This document shows, one piece after another, positions 39,374 through 52,563 of a stretch of 64,000 bases of DNA. Position 1 is the stretch's first letter. Each line of letters starts with the position of its first letter. Made by a program: the position numbers and the translations under genes. The notes under the pieces were generated by a model that ran no database searches, was not told the DNA's origin, and worked only from the letters and a program-made list of their open reading frames with translations. Origin of the DNA: Glycera tridactyla (Eukaryota); NCBI GenBank assembly GCA_965644265.1, contig OZ286466.1:43400001-43464000 (forward strand). The letters are read 5' to 3'.

Positions 39374-41189
39374 TGATTGTGAGAATGATTCCAAAAAACT
39401 ATTCCCAAGACGAAAAATGTTCACCACTTGACCCTCTCCTGCTTCTGAAGCGAATACCAGATCTTCACCTCATGAGCAGAGCAATATCTGCAGTGATATT
39501 TGATAAAGATACCTATCACACTGACATGACATTCTAATCTTGCCCCTGGCATATTTGCTTGTGAATATCTCGCCTTCCACATTCCCCAGCCTGTCATTTA
39601 TAGCTAGGCAGCAATTTCTGTGGCTCTCTGAATATCCCTCCCAGTGGATAATATGCTTGGGTATTGTCCCTGTGTGTTGTCGTCCTGACAACTACAGTAT
39701 ATTGTTGTCAGGGAAACATGTACCAAGGCTGGTATATCCTGCATCCAATTCATATCTTGCCTGAAAAGATGAGCTTTGAATTCTACCAAGTTGAAATTCA
39801 ACTGTAGGGTATAGATTCGACCTATCTAGCACATTCTAGTTGGTATACCTGAGTGTTTGGTCAGTGATCAGAGTAAATTCTGTGAGTCAAAACACCATGA
39901 AAACATGGATAATTCCAGTAGCTGCAATCAGCAAGAATGCTCAGGGTTACCATCAGCGACTTCCAATTCTCATTACAGCAATGAGGAAATTGCCAGTAGC
40001 CAAATATCTGCAAATATCTGTTCCTTCATAACAGAGGGTGACACCCAATTCTGCACTGGGGTTTCTTTCTGCTTCTATCACAACCTCCAATACATATCAC
40101 CAAAATCTCTTCGTGTAAAGACCTCCACTGAAATACAATCAGAAATCTAATCTTTCTAAGGTGAACAGGCTATATTTGATGTCATAACTGTGGAGAAATT
40201 GGTGGTATCCCAATGGAGAAAATGGCGTTCTACAGAACTGTGATAGCTTACAATCGCAAGGAAAAGTAGGTCCAAGTCTACTCACTCATCCGAGGAGGTT
40301 TGTCGAGGAAAACTGTCGAGGACATTCTTGAGAATCTGTTATCACACTTACCAGTTGGCAAACAACAGCCTTGTCCAATATGACATCTTTTGAGGTGTCT
40401 CCCATGAGCGGAACATACAAGTCCACTTCTCGGCAACGTTGACTTACACCAGACTAAACACTCATAATCATCTGCTCAAATGCAAACACTAGAATGACTT
40501 CTGCATCACTTTGCGCACCGCACAAAATTCACGCCATTATCGCCTTCAACACAAGAGTGATGGATCGCGTTGTCGAGGATGATACTCAAGTACACAGTGA
40601 TCGTAACGACCTCTGGTGTCCTTCACGTTTTTGTCGAGTCTGAGAAATTAAGGGCGGAGGACGTCGTTGACAATGAGTCGAGATCGAGGAGCTGATAGGC
40701 GGCTCTATGAAACTCTTGAAATGTGATTAATCGAAAGATAAATCTGTTGCGGTATCGAACAAATCATTAGGATGCTCCAGTCAACAATCGCTGATAGCTA
40801 TCATACAATGAAGTAGCAACACAGCCACATATGCTCGTACTCAAATTCGCCATTTCCATTCCAAATGCGAAATATCAGTACAGTTCAAAATGCAAAAATA
40901 TTGCTAGTATGTATCACTCTTAAAATGGTGACTTGAGTATCAGCTTGATACTGACTGACATTTAAACCTCAATATATCTTTAAGAAAGACTGCACCTTGA
41001 TCACAATTTACAGAATGATGGCAAAATATACATCTGAGTTGGGAATAGATAGGGGTGTATCCATATGGGAAATGGCATGGAAAATTGCCATCCTCTTTTA
41101 TTTCTAAGCAATTGTTCGCATCCAAAATGACCTCAATTGAGGCTATCAGAGCACTTTTCCCATGCTCTATCAAGCATATTCGACTGTAC

Positions 41190-41260
41190 TGGCTCAGCAC
41201 AATACTAGGCTAATTCACTATAGACAAAGTAGAGAGTTAGCCTAGTATTGTGCTGAGCCA
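41190..41260. other. Perfect inverted repeat / hairpin (24-bp stem, 23-nt loop)
   Basis: TGGCTCAGCACAATACTAGGCTAA (41190-41213) is the exact reverse complement of TTAGCCTAGTATTGTGCTGAGCCA (41237-41260). Confidence 0.95.
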
Positions 41261-42376
41261 TCAGTATGACCATTTGATTCCACCCTATAGTGATGCCCAG
41301 GTCTATGTGAGGTCATACTAGGTTATATTCAGAAACTATGATTTGGTGTATAGACAAAATATCATTAGTTTTTCAACTGGCAGTTCATCATCCACACAGC
41401 TGGAGGGGTGCATGGTTACTTGGTGGGGCGACTACCAGAGAAAGGCATCCTCCATTTCTCAGTAGGACACCTCTGGTTCACAGCATGACCAAGTGTCAGT
41501 TGGTCACAATGAGCTGACATAAGATCCTTCTCTGAGTATACTACCCTGCTGTCAACACAATTTGTGTCCATCATACCAGCTGAATAACTGCTCGGGACAT
41601 TACCTTTCCTGACGACAAAGAGTTTCATACATCTTACCAGAATCATTCTGATTCACACTCCATGCTAAATTGAATCAAACTGAATTGAATTGAATCGAAT
41701 TGAGTTTCAAAGTAATCAAATTTTGAAAACTTCGAATCAAGGCTTTTCCAGTGAGGAACATTCAGTCATGCCTCCTCCCCAGCTGCCAATGTTGCCTTCC
41801 AACTCCCTTCCTTCCACCTTCCACGGCTACATGAAGATTGCTACTTTTATTAGACCCGCCACCCTCACTTTCTGATGTGTAATGTAAACATGACATACTA
41901 TTAGTTAGACCAATTGTCTTGCCATAAAGCTGTGCCCTCTGGGGAAATCATGGCTTTCTTCTCTGCACAAGGAAATCACTGCTTTCTTCTCTGCACAATT
42001 GAATCGACCTTTACTGTGGAATCAACTAACACATCCATGTTCATGTTGAAGTTATCCCCCCCCCCCCCCAACCTCTCAAAGACATATAGCACTATGGCCT
42101 AATCTTATTGAAATGACACAAAGTGGATAGATTATATGTATTCCACAAATTTATTCCATATTTCCATGCTACACGTGAACCCACAGATGATCTGTCCAGT
42201 TACATAGCTAGATATGCCATAATCAATAGGTTTATTCAGATACACAAGAAATGTGTAGAGGTGTGTATGAACTGTCAGCTATTTCACTGACAACCTTTCT
42301 GGTTCATCATTATCAGCAATCATAAATCAGGAGCACATACCCATACATACATTGTAATTCATTGGTCTGATACATA

Positions 42377-42553
42377 CAGTCGAACCTGCTCTAAAGACCA
42401 CCTCTCTATAGAGACCACCTCTCTATAAAGACCACGCTAGCTGCGACCATGGTAGTATTTTCAACAGTAAATGACCTCTCCATAAAGACCACCTGCCCAT
42501 AAAGACCACTTTTTGATGTGACCGAAGGCGGTCTTTATAGACAGGTTTTACTG
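42377..42553. mobile_element. Tc1/mariner-type MITE (subfamily A), 177 bp
   Basis: TA|CAGTCGAACCTG ... CAGGTTTTACTG|TA; about 90% identical by eye to 52564-52740. Confidence 0.93.
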
Positions 42554-43113
42554 TACCATGGAACTCCCCCCCCCCCACCCCTGGAAAAATTAAATCAAAT
42601 TTTGTTTTAAAAAAGGTTCAAAAGTGAGGATTTATATTTGATGAGTTTGGTTTCTCTGGATGACATCAGACTTGTTGCACTGCCAACAGGGGGACAGAGC
42701 TGACCAGATAATATATACTTGGAATACCGCAGAATGCCCTGAGGCCTTGCTATAATGGAGGTTTTGTTCGACAAGCTATTAAACATCCCCGTGGCCTCTG
42801 GGGGCGTCCTGGTACATCAACACTCCAAGTCACTCAGAAACATCGCCCAGTCACTGGTCATATTTTAACTTTCCTCGCCACACAGACACATGCTGTGCAC
42901 AGATAATTGTTTTGTACCTCCCACTTTTACACGAAGATGGATCTGTATAGGGTCGACTCTCTGCAGGACAGACAGATGGGCCGAACTCACCTCCTACAAG
43001 ATTCCTAAGCACAATAAGGTCTTTCAGTTTTCATAGTTTGCTGGATACTAGCAGAGGATGAAAACAGTCGACCATGAATCCAAGGTTTTTCAAGCTGAAT
43101 GTTTAAAGCTCAA

Positions 43114-43191
43114 GGGGGGGGGGGGGGGTTGATTGGAACCAAAATGATTGGGGGGGGGGGGGGGGGGGGGTTGATTGGAACCAAAATGATT
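43114..43191 (+). repeat. Tandem duplication of poly-G + TTGATTGGAACCAAAATGATT
   Basis: G15 + 21-mer followed by G21 + identical 21-mer. Confidence 0.9.
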
Positions 43192-44420
43192 ATGTATGCC
43201 ATGCATTCCTAATCTATGATAGCCGAATCTTCTGCCTGTCGCAAGAATCACTCTCACAAATACTGAACACAAGCTGATGGGGAAACAGCAAGGTTTCATA
43301 TTGTGGGGCAAAAAGGATAAAAAGGTCTTCGCTACAAGATGAATGAAGGTTTCATTACTGTGAAACGCATTTGAGATAAAAATGAAACGAATGTTTTTAA
43401 TCCTATCCATGAATGATTCAGTGCTTTGATATTGACTATTTGAGTGCTTGATACAGTACGTTCAAAGTTCTTCACTTCATGTACTAGACATAAGGGAGGA
43501 TCCATGCTGATGGGTCAGAGGTGAAAGTTGAAAGGTGAGGTGAGAGATCAGGAGATGGGATGTTGAACAGATCCTCACTGTTGGGGGTGAACTGGGAAGA
43601 TTTTACCCTACTCCAGTTGACTGCTCTGAGGGGCTATCAGCAACCAATCTTACACCGCCCTACCAGGGTGTTTTAATAACCACTCTGAGGTGCCCAATGA
43701 CCATCCATTATGACCTGGGGTGTGATCCAAACCCCTCTCCTGGGGTGTGATCTCTTCCCATTGAGGGCATATCACAATGATCATCAAGTCTCAGCAATAG
43801 AGTGGACACCATGTAGAGGATATGTGAAATTTGACCTTTCCATAAAAAAAATATCTCCGGGATCTCAAAGAGAATCAGAATTTTAATCAACCTCCCTAAA
43901 CATTTTCATCAGCCATTCAGAATTTTCACCAGTGTTTTTCTTTTGATGGTCAAAATCCAAGCAAATGACTCATGGGAATTTTGAATTGAGTTAATAGTAA
44001 GCTGTGCCAATATTTACACTTTTCACACATTTCACTCTTACCAGTAATAGATGACCTTTCATATTTCAAGTTACCATGGTTACCAAATAAGAATCTGCAA
44101 CTGGTACTCGCAATCATCAGAAGCAAAAAGGTGGATTCTGACAGATAAAGCAGGTATGTCACAGATCCAACATCAGAGGCGGCCAAGCTCTATTTATGTT
44201 GCCAAATGACCTTTAGTTAGGTTAAGTGTTGGCATGACATCAGCGTAACCGCTGGCGACCATGGTGGCAACCATAGCTACCCACCTCAACTAACTTACAA
44301 CCTGTGGCAACATCTACTCTTGCCTGTCCCTCCCTACCCTAAATAGAGCACCACCATGAGGCTCTAGTTAAACATCACACCATTCCACCTCATCATCATT
44401 GACGTGTTTTTACCCTGTAT

Positions 44421-44945
44421 CAGGGCGCGAAGAGATCGCCTCCCGAACGTCCCGGGCGTGCCGATATCGCTGTCGGGCGGGTAGATTTTAAAGTTACACG
44501 TCTTTTTCGGGCGGGCTCCTTTGGCCATATTTCTGTTCAATCGCATCTATAAGTCACGAAAATGAAGTTTATTTGTCGAATCCGCCAGCGAGTTTCGTCA
44601 CTTTCGGAAAACCCAGCGCCATCTTTAACACCGGAGGTGATAAAGAACCGACACAGATATCTGTCGCGGTCCCTGATCGCGGCGAGATCGACCAATCAGC
44701 GACCTGCTTTCATCGGGCTCACGGCGCGAGATGTCAACATCATGCGCAGAAGACGATTTCTGAGCATCTGCGCAGGTTTCGGAACCACGAGGTGTTTTTC
44801 ATGGCAATTAGACGTATATATACGAGTGTTTCCTCGATTCCGGTGACATTTGTGTACGGACGGGTTATTTTTCAACGGGGGCGGGTGATATTCAACTTCA
44901 CCCGCCCGTCGGGCGGGTGGATTTTTTCGATGTCTTCGCGCCCTG
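44421..44945. mobile_element. hAT-like MITE, 525 bp, 6-bp TSD (CTGTAT)
   Basis: CTGTAT|CAGGGCGCGAAGAGATCG ... CGATGTCTTCGCGCCCTG|CTGTAT, an 18-bp TIR with one mismatch; CpG-rich, with subterminal GGGCGGG repeats. Confidence 0.9.
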
Positions 44946-47415
44946 CTGTATTATATATAATTCTTATTAACACAAGTTGGCATAAGCTCTGACCTTCACA
45001 TTTAAATGAGTCAATGATTACCATGAAATATGTAGAAACCACAATATCTGGTTAACGATCTTGCACTTTGGGAAGGCACTTCTATATAGCACGATGCTGT
45101 CAAAAAGAGACTTGGCTTTCACCGCCAAAAGATAGAGGATTTTTCGGCACATGATTTATGCAACATCTTGGCAGTTACTTACCAGACCGCTCTGCCCTTT
45201 TTGCCAAACATGAAAAACGCATGTAATAAAAGTGCGGCATTTACAGGATAATTTTCAGCATCGTGATAGATCTCCTTGGCAGGTAACAAAACCTATAATT
45301 TGGCACATTGTGTGTTGGCAAGTTGTGCCAGTGACTTTGCACCGACAATGGCAACAAAAGCAGTCTGTATAAACACTTCTTTAGTCAATTCATCATCCAG
45401 GCCACAAACATGGACAATTGAATTGTGCAAAGATGGATATGGCAACTTTACAATAGTACATACAGTATGTACACTATGGTATTTGCTACATACATAATAT
45501 AATCCCTTTGCCAAGATATCAATTCTGAAAGAACTTTTGAATCCATCAACACAAGTTACCTGCCAAAAAAATTGATTACTGTAACATATGAATATATTCA
45601 CCCAGAACTGAACAAGGATTATGTACCTTCATGTGAGTGACCCAAGGTCTTACCTTGCCAACTTCAATACAAGCAACTTTTCAATTCTAGATGATAGACG
45701 TTTTGGTATAACCTGAAACCATGAGCACTGCCTCAATAGCCTCAATGACTGGGGCTGCAATTTGGCAAGCTTGCTTTGTGCCAAATAGGCATTTCAATCC
45801 AGAGTGCTGCAGGCCCAACTTTTAGTTTATTCCAAAGAATGGTTTTCCTCAATGGCAGATATCGCACTGAAAATCATATGCACAAAATTGCATTTATCAA
45901 GAATGAAACATAGTTCTAACACTTCGCTAGAAACCATATTGAGGTGGAGTTCGTAACTGGCTTGGTCTGATCGATGTGAAAATGACGGAGACGTTAAGTG
46001 GAGAAATTGCACAATTTCCGGCATTATTATACATCGCAATGTGTGCCCATCATTGCATCGGATGAAGTATTTTCCAAGCTCTGAATACATAGTCGAAATA
46101 TAGAAAACCCAGAGTCAACACTCCATCCGTCGGTTCTGGTACTGAAAGGTTAACCAACAGAGGAGTGTGAGAAAGGGTAGCTACATCATATCACTGATAT
46201 TTTTCATTATACTCTCAAATTAGCTGCCATATCTGCTCAAACTACATTCCGTATTACAAACAGCGAGTATGATTAGCTCGCATTATTACTACTTTGTGAA
46301 AAAATGGATGAGTTTAAAAAACGCAACAAACAAGAAAAGCAGGGCAATTTCACTGAATAGAGAAGTAAGCCCAGACATATAATTGCAGCCTACGAATATA
46401 AATGGTACTTTATTAAACAAAAGTGAGGGGTTGAAAGTTACCTCAGCGCAGAATGTAAAATAAGACATTATCTTGAGCATAAATAACGCAAGCTTAGTGA
46501 ATCCATCAAACGCATTATACGGCACGGTATATCATTAGACCATAATGCCATATTCACATGTTATCAGAGCGCAAATTGTCGGCTATTATTCGCTGATAAT
46601 AGCGCCCGTCAGCATGCACTTCCACGTAGCGATCAGTTGAAATAACATATTATTACATGCAGACAAATGCAGCATACACGACCAGATCAAATTGTGTTGA
46701 CATGTGCTGCATTGACACCTTTCTACTCAGCTTTGAAAATAAAATCATTGTTTTATTCTCGGGATGAAGGCTTCGAGTGACAGCCTTCCATTAGTCCAAT
46801 GTGGAGATTGAACAAAATATACAAGATTGACATTACTGTCAAATAGAAACTGTGATTCCCACTGTTCAAGTCCACCAGATATGATCCGCCCACATAAACA
46901 ACATCATAAATGAAAACTATGTTCAATCTATATGCACCGACCACTTTCAAACTTACACATGAACAGATCTGGCTGAAAAAAAAAACAGAAGCTCTAGCTT
47001 CCCAAACAAATGTAACTGAGCCCCACCTAGAGCAGGTAAAAATCCATTAAGTACATGGGTTTTGTTTCTTCTTAAACGATGTCTATCATAAATCACACCT
47101 GAAATAAGCGGAGATCAAGATTCAGGTACAAAGGATCATAATCAAACCATACAAAATCTGCACCTCCGTGAACAAACAACTAGTATTTATGACATCCAAG
47201 TTCAAAGGGTATAGAACCAGATATCAACACTTCTCAAACTATCAAACACATCATCTACTATTTGTGTATCTCACCTAAAAATGAAGATCCAGCAAATGAG
47301 TTGGAATCCCATCCTCCTCCTCAGTGTACAGCCCTGGGGTGATTTCAGCCACCCCTGACACCCCAACTGCTACACCAGACACATGAGGGAAGCCCATGTG
47401 CATACATATTATATA

Positions 47416-47653
47416 CAGTTAAACCTCGAGACCACCTTCGATAAAGACCAACTGTCCATGAAGGCCACCCTGAGTATTGAATGTTTGTGGTTTACAAACA
47501 ACCTCGGGGTGCCCTTCATAGGCAGGTAGTCTTTGTTGAGAGGTTGTCCCTGCTGTGTCAGTGATAGTGTTTTCTACAGTAAATGACCTATCTCTAAAGG
47601 CCAACTGCCATTTCCTGATGCAACTGAAGATGGCTTTCGGACAGGTTTGACTG
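47416..47653. mobile_element. Tc1/mariner-type MITE (subfamily A, diverged), 238 bp
   Basis: TA|CAGTTAAACCT ... AGGTTTGACTG|TA; internal AAAGACC and CAGTAAATGACCT motifs. Confidence 0.8.
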
Positions 47654-48474
47654 TAGTACTCTGGTTCTCTTATCATGACATGACCAAGTGTGACAAGCAT
47701 ACATTCATCAGTTGTCCATCCAAGGGGCCAGTTTCACCAATCCCTATACATGGACCAACTTTACCAAAATCTCAAACACCACAGCTCTCACAGGAAATGC
47801 TCAATAATTGGGGGTACCCAAAAGCACTGTGATGTCAATGAAACCAACCCACTTTTCCCTCACATCTGACAGTGACTCATGGCAACACATATGGAAGTTG
47901 AGGTTATTGAAATGTGATGAATTTGTGGAGAGGATGAGTGTGATAGTGTATGCATATTCTAGTCTGGATTTGTCACTTTGGATTATCTCTCACATCCACG
48001 ATATCCTCAAAGATCCAAGCCACTTAGGTCACCCTGTTGTCACCTCAGAGGAGATGAACTACCTCCCTGATCATCTCTGAAAGTGACCTTACTCCAAGGT
48101 CAACTCCAATAAGTCATACACAATGCTGACCCAGGTAACAAAAATGTATGAAGTGAACTCGTCCTGTGATTTATATCTGAATTCGAAAAATAGACACGAT
48201 AATTTTTTTGAAGGAGGTACTGTATCTGAAAAGGATACAGCCCACTTCGATCCTGAAAGCAACCTGAATTGATACAAGAATCATGATATCTCACACTCCA
48301 TATCATTTCTAACAATAAAATCTTTGAAGATTGCCAAGGAGTTAAGTGCCATCACATAGGAATTGAATAGTTTAATGCAGTAATGAAAAGGGATGATGTG
48401 ATAGACTAAAGAGGTTTTGGTCAAGGATTTTATCATGGTTTCGAAAAACGAAAAAAGTTTGTGAGTTGAAGTAG

Positions 48475-48480
<6 letters not shown>

Positions 48481-48517
<37 letters not shown>

Positions 48518-48537
48518 GCGTGTGCGTGTGTGTGTGT
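48481..48537. repeat. (GT)n microsatellite
   Basis: Directly visible. Confidence 0.95.
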
Positions 48538-51500
48538 GGATGAGTTGAATGACATGAAGCTGTCGGACAATAAAGGGAGCATGTTATTAGGCTGCCCACT
48601 GACCCACCATTACGTCCCACTAATTCCTACATCACTAAAGTCCAACCGACAGCTCTACGATTAACACGACATGATCACCGCACTGCGCACAGCCTCGCTT
48701 TAACAACTCGTAATTTCGCAACTGGCTAATAAGCGGGAAGAACCTGACTCGAAAGAAACTGAATAACGCCCCTCCGGCTAGAAATTACAGGGTACGGGGA
48801 CAAAGCTGGCATTTGTGCAACTCAAAGTAGACGGGCGCCTTGATAGGAGATCCGCACCCCAAATGACAATCTATCACTGTAATCAAGCAAGGCGGAACGA
48901 ACGCCGGCGAGAGGAACAAGTAAAAAGCGAAAATATCCATTACGATCTCTCTCGTCAGCTAAGCAATCATGATGAAACAATCTTGATAAATCGGATGTGT
49001 GATTGGAGATAAAAAGCGCAAGGTGATACCGATGACATGAACTATGAGCTTGCTCATTTGTCCTTCACGCCACTGCTATGTACAATCCTGCACGGATCCC
49101 ATAGCAACCGTTGTTATGGAGTCATAACTACGAGTAACCAACTGGTTGGTTCTGGTTTCACGTCACAACTGCCCCAAATGTGCTATATTGTGATGCCCAC
49201 ACAATTGGCATACAACACTCCTTCTCCCGGGTACCAATGGAAGGTGAATATTTATGAATTTGGCGTAGCTTCCTATACGAAGGAAGGGTGTGCTACCCCC
49301 AGTCTCGGTTCAGAGATGGTTTGGTTGTTGACACTAGGAGAAGCTCCCTGCAGCCAGTGGCCGATTTCAAAATGCCTGTAGGTGCAAATCAGCATTTGAG
49401 TGAACCAATCGCCATTGCAATTCTCAAAAGACTTTCGATTGGCATGAGGGAAGAATGTGGTAGCAAATGAGAAAACAAGGATGTATTTCCTCACATTTGT
49501 TGCATATTATGGACAGTTTCGGAAGCCAGACAAAAAAGAGGATTAGATGCAAATGGCACACTCGGAAATGGGCTATTTCCATCTGCAGTGGGGGTAAAAA
49601 TAGGAGCATAATGCCATGTATATGAGCGCGTAACCTGTCAGCATCATCTCTGAGAGTGCTAACCTCCCGCGACCTTCAACGACCTCTAACTCGTGTCCTA
49701 ATTACATATTCATACTTCACATGACAACAAACAAACCGCAAACACATGCATCTATAGTCTACTCCATGTGTACTTAACACACTGCACATGAATAGCCCTA
49801 ATCAATTCTCAGATTCTGACAACTGTTTTTTCCCTTACCGTATATCAACATGTTGAACTCTACATCAATTTCTACTATTTTCCATCAGACAAAAAATCAT
49901 TTAACAGACTAGAAGTATTGTTGCTGTATATAAACAATATGAGCCATTCCTTCCGGTAATTTTTGACTAATTTCAGACCATTCTGGTCCTTTACACCGCT
50001 CTAACATGTAATGCATCTGGATTGTTCTACCCAGCTCTATTGTCACCTCATAAAAACAAATTATTCATATGAACAGTAGTCATTACCATGCCTCTGATTT
50101 ATGAACTAATTGGTGTGTGTGTGTGTGTGTGTGTGTGTGCGCCCGTGCAGACATGTATGTTATTGCATGGATGCATCCATGCCATGATTTTCAGAATGAG
50201 GGGCGACTGCACCCTTATGTTTGAGAAGGGGGAGGGGGGAATTCTTCAAAAACAAAATTCAAAACGGGTTGACTGGAAATGAGTGTAACCATTTCGCTGA
50301 TTCAGGGGGGCATCGTGGCCCCTAATCGCATTGAAAAGGGGCTGCCACTCAACAAATTAGCAATGCCCCCATACCCCCCACCACCCTCCTGGTTCAGAGT
50401 GGAACATGTGTGAGACCCCTCATGGGAATACACATCCATGCATACCATATCGTATCAACATGATATTTTCATTCTGAGAGATCAAACATCCCACAGATAA
50501 GAAGTGAAAGAAGGGAAAAAATCTGAAGCGCATTCTAACCATCTCAAGATATATATCTCACACATTACCACTGGACATTTTTCCCCGATCAAAAGTAACA
50601 CAGAATTCAGCCCAGATGTGGCTCGCATCCATCCATCTAATAGCTGGCACACATGAGAGAGGAGGGTAAAGGGTGAAAAAACGGTGACATGCCACCAAAG
50701 CGCTTCATAATTTGTTGCACTTTAGCCCGTTGTTTGGTGTGTCTGCAAGCTATGCCCGTTATTCTAGTATATGTTGCTTTGTGCACCTTTTTGTATAGAG
50801 GATACCACCAATAAAAATGTTTGTTTACTTTGGCGTGCTATTAAGGCAGAGTAAAAAGGTTGATATTCCTGTGGGCTAAACACACACAGTTAATTCAGGA
50901 AGGCATATCAACCTGGGATTCAGGTGTCTCCCAGTTATATACATGATATAACTTAACACTTGTCTGTCCTTCCCAGCGAAATCTCATATCATGTGAATTG
51001 TAATCAACTTAATCTTAGCTGGGCCGCCAGATCTCTCTCCTGATGTATGGAATCTGAAGGCCCGAAACCCAGGCCTGGTATTTCACTGACAGGGCCTGCT
51101 ATTTCACTGACGACCTGTCTGACTCTGTCTCAGCTATTCATGGTAATGCTGAGTCAGTCATGAGTGGGATGTGTTGGGGACATTTTTCATAATCAAAAAT
51201 TTTGTACGACAAAACCATGAACTAGAACGATTCTGCAAAGTTTTCTCACAAAATCAGCAACTTTCTACATCAGAGAGATACGGGTATTGGCTGAATTGGC
51301 TAAATTACAATGATCAAATGAGAAGGCCACTTGTCATGTATCCCCCTAGTCACGTGGTGAAGTCACGACATCAAAGTTACTTATTAGCCTCCCTGGGAAT
51401 ATACCATATCGGGCTTGGTGCTCTAAAACCCAATGAACCTGGGAATTTCGATGAACTAATGCTGGCAATTGGCAGTGAAAGATTACCCTCAAAAAGGTTT

Positions 51501-51615
51501 ATTACCTATCGGAGTTCACAAAAATAGATCAAAATTGGTTTGATTGGTTGGTATGTGTTGATGCAACCTATAACAATAGGTAGGTTGGGTGTTCCTGAGA
51601 CACAAGAGCTGGATG

Positions 51616-51677
51616 CAGGCAGGCGGGCAGGCAGGCGGGCCTGTGTGCGGGTGGTCAGGCAGGCAGGCAGGCGGGCC
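51616..51677. repeat. (GCAG/GCGG)n tetranucleotide repeat running into a gap
   Basis: Directly visible. Confidence 0.85.
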
Positions 51678-51852
51678 NNNNNNNNNNNNNNNNNNNNNNN
51701 NNNNNNNNNNNNNNNNNNNNNNNNNNNNNNNNNNNNNNNNNNNNNNNNNNNNNNNNNNNNNNNNNNNNNNNNNNNNNNNNNNNNNNNNNNNNNNNNNNNN
51801 NNNNNNNNNNNNNNNNNNNNNNNNNNNNNNNNNNNNNNNNNNNNNNNNNNNN
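51678..51852. other. Assembly gap (175 N)
   Basis: N run. Confidence 1.
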
Positions 51853-52364
51853 CAGTCTGTATAAATACATCTTTTGCATGATAAAGTCATATACAAATCC
51901 ATATTCCATTGTAGTGGTATATCATTTTTATCCTCCTAGCTTCCAGCAACTTGCGTGACTTACACTTGTCATGTCACACATCCACCGCAAAATTGAAAAA
52001 TCACATGCTTGTATCGCATCAACTGTAATGAACTACGAATGATTTACGGACAACTTCATGGTGAGAAAAGTCCTGAAAAGTCTGATCTGATGAGGCCTGA
52101 AGAGTTGCTGTAGCTCACTCTGATCAAATACATGTATGTAAGGTCAAACAGATGTTGCTGGTGTCAAGGTCATGAGTAGGGCAGGTGAAGGTCAAGTCTC
52201 AGAAACCGACAACCTGCTGCTCCATATTACACCGAGAAATGTAGACACATGCCAGAATTCTCTCTCCCCCCCCCCCCCCCCCCCAAATCTTACATCACAT
52301 TTTTGCCTTCCTCGTAAGGAATTCCTACCTACTATAACACCTGTGGTCCGATTGATCCAAGATA

Positions 52365-52511
52365 CAGCTCTCAATACCACCTCTATACAAAGACCACCCA
52401 CCCACAGATGCCACCCTGAGCTATGACCAAGATGGCATCTAGAATAGACAATCTCCCTGTACAGGCCACACTCCGAGGCAACCAAGGGTGGTCTTTGTAG
52501 ACAGGTTTGGC
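52365..52511. mobile_element. Degenerate Tc1/mariner-type MITE (subfamily A)
   Basis: AAAGACCACC, GCCACCCTGAGCT and GGTGGTCTTTGTAGACAGGTTTG motifs; termini eroded. Confidence 0.65.
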
Positions 52512-52563
52512 CAGACATCAACTGATTAGCCACAGTTTTGGAGGAAGAAGCCATGATTAAGTA

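Noticed and set aside
40222-40460. Possible first exons (+ MAFYRTVIAYNRKE; - MGDTSKDVILDKAVVCQL) in a CpG-rich patch
   Set aside because: The two candidates conflict, and I could not find a convincing downstream exon for either.
44364-44992. ORFs of 60-139 aa as a transposase or gene
   Set aside because: They lie almost entirely within a 525-bp GC-rich MITE, which suppresses stop codons; no DDE or zinc-finger motif is visible.
45183-45712. Three minus-strand exon-like segments (45654-45712, 45494-45559, 45183-45292)
   Set aside because: Each has one open frame and plausible splice sites, but the first ends in phase 2 and hits an immediate stop when joined to the second. No peptide is recognisable, and chance is a sufficient explanation.
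46118-46153. piggyBac-like end (GGTACTGAAAGGTTAA)
   Set aside because: No matching opposite end found nearby.
49495-49582. Minus-strand exon-like segment (GNSPFPSVPFASNPLFCLASETVHNMQQ)
   Set aside because: Good splice motifs, but isolated, with no phase-compatible neighbour or homology.
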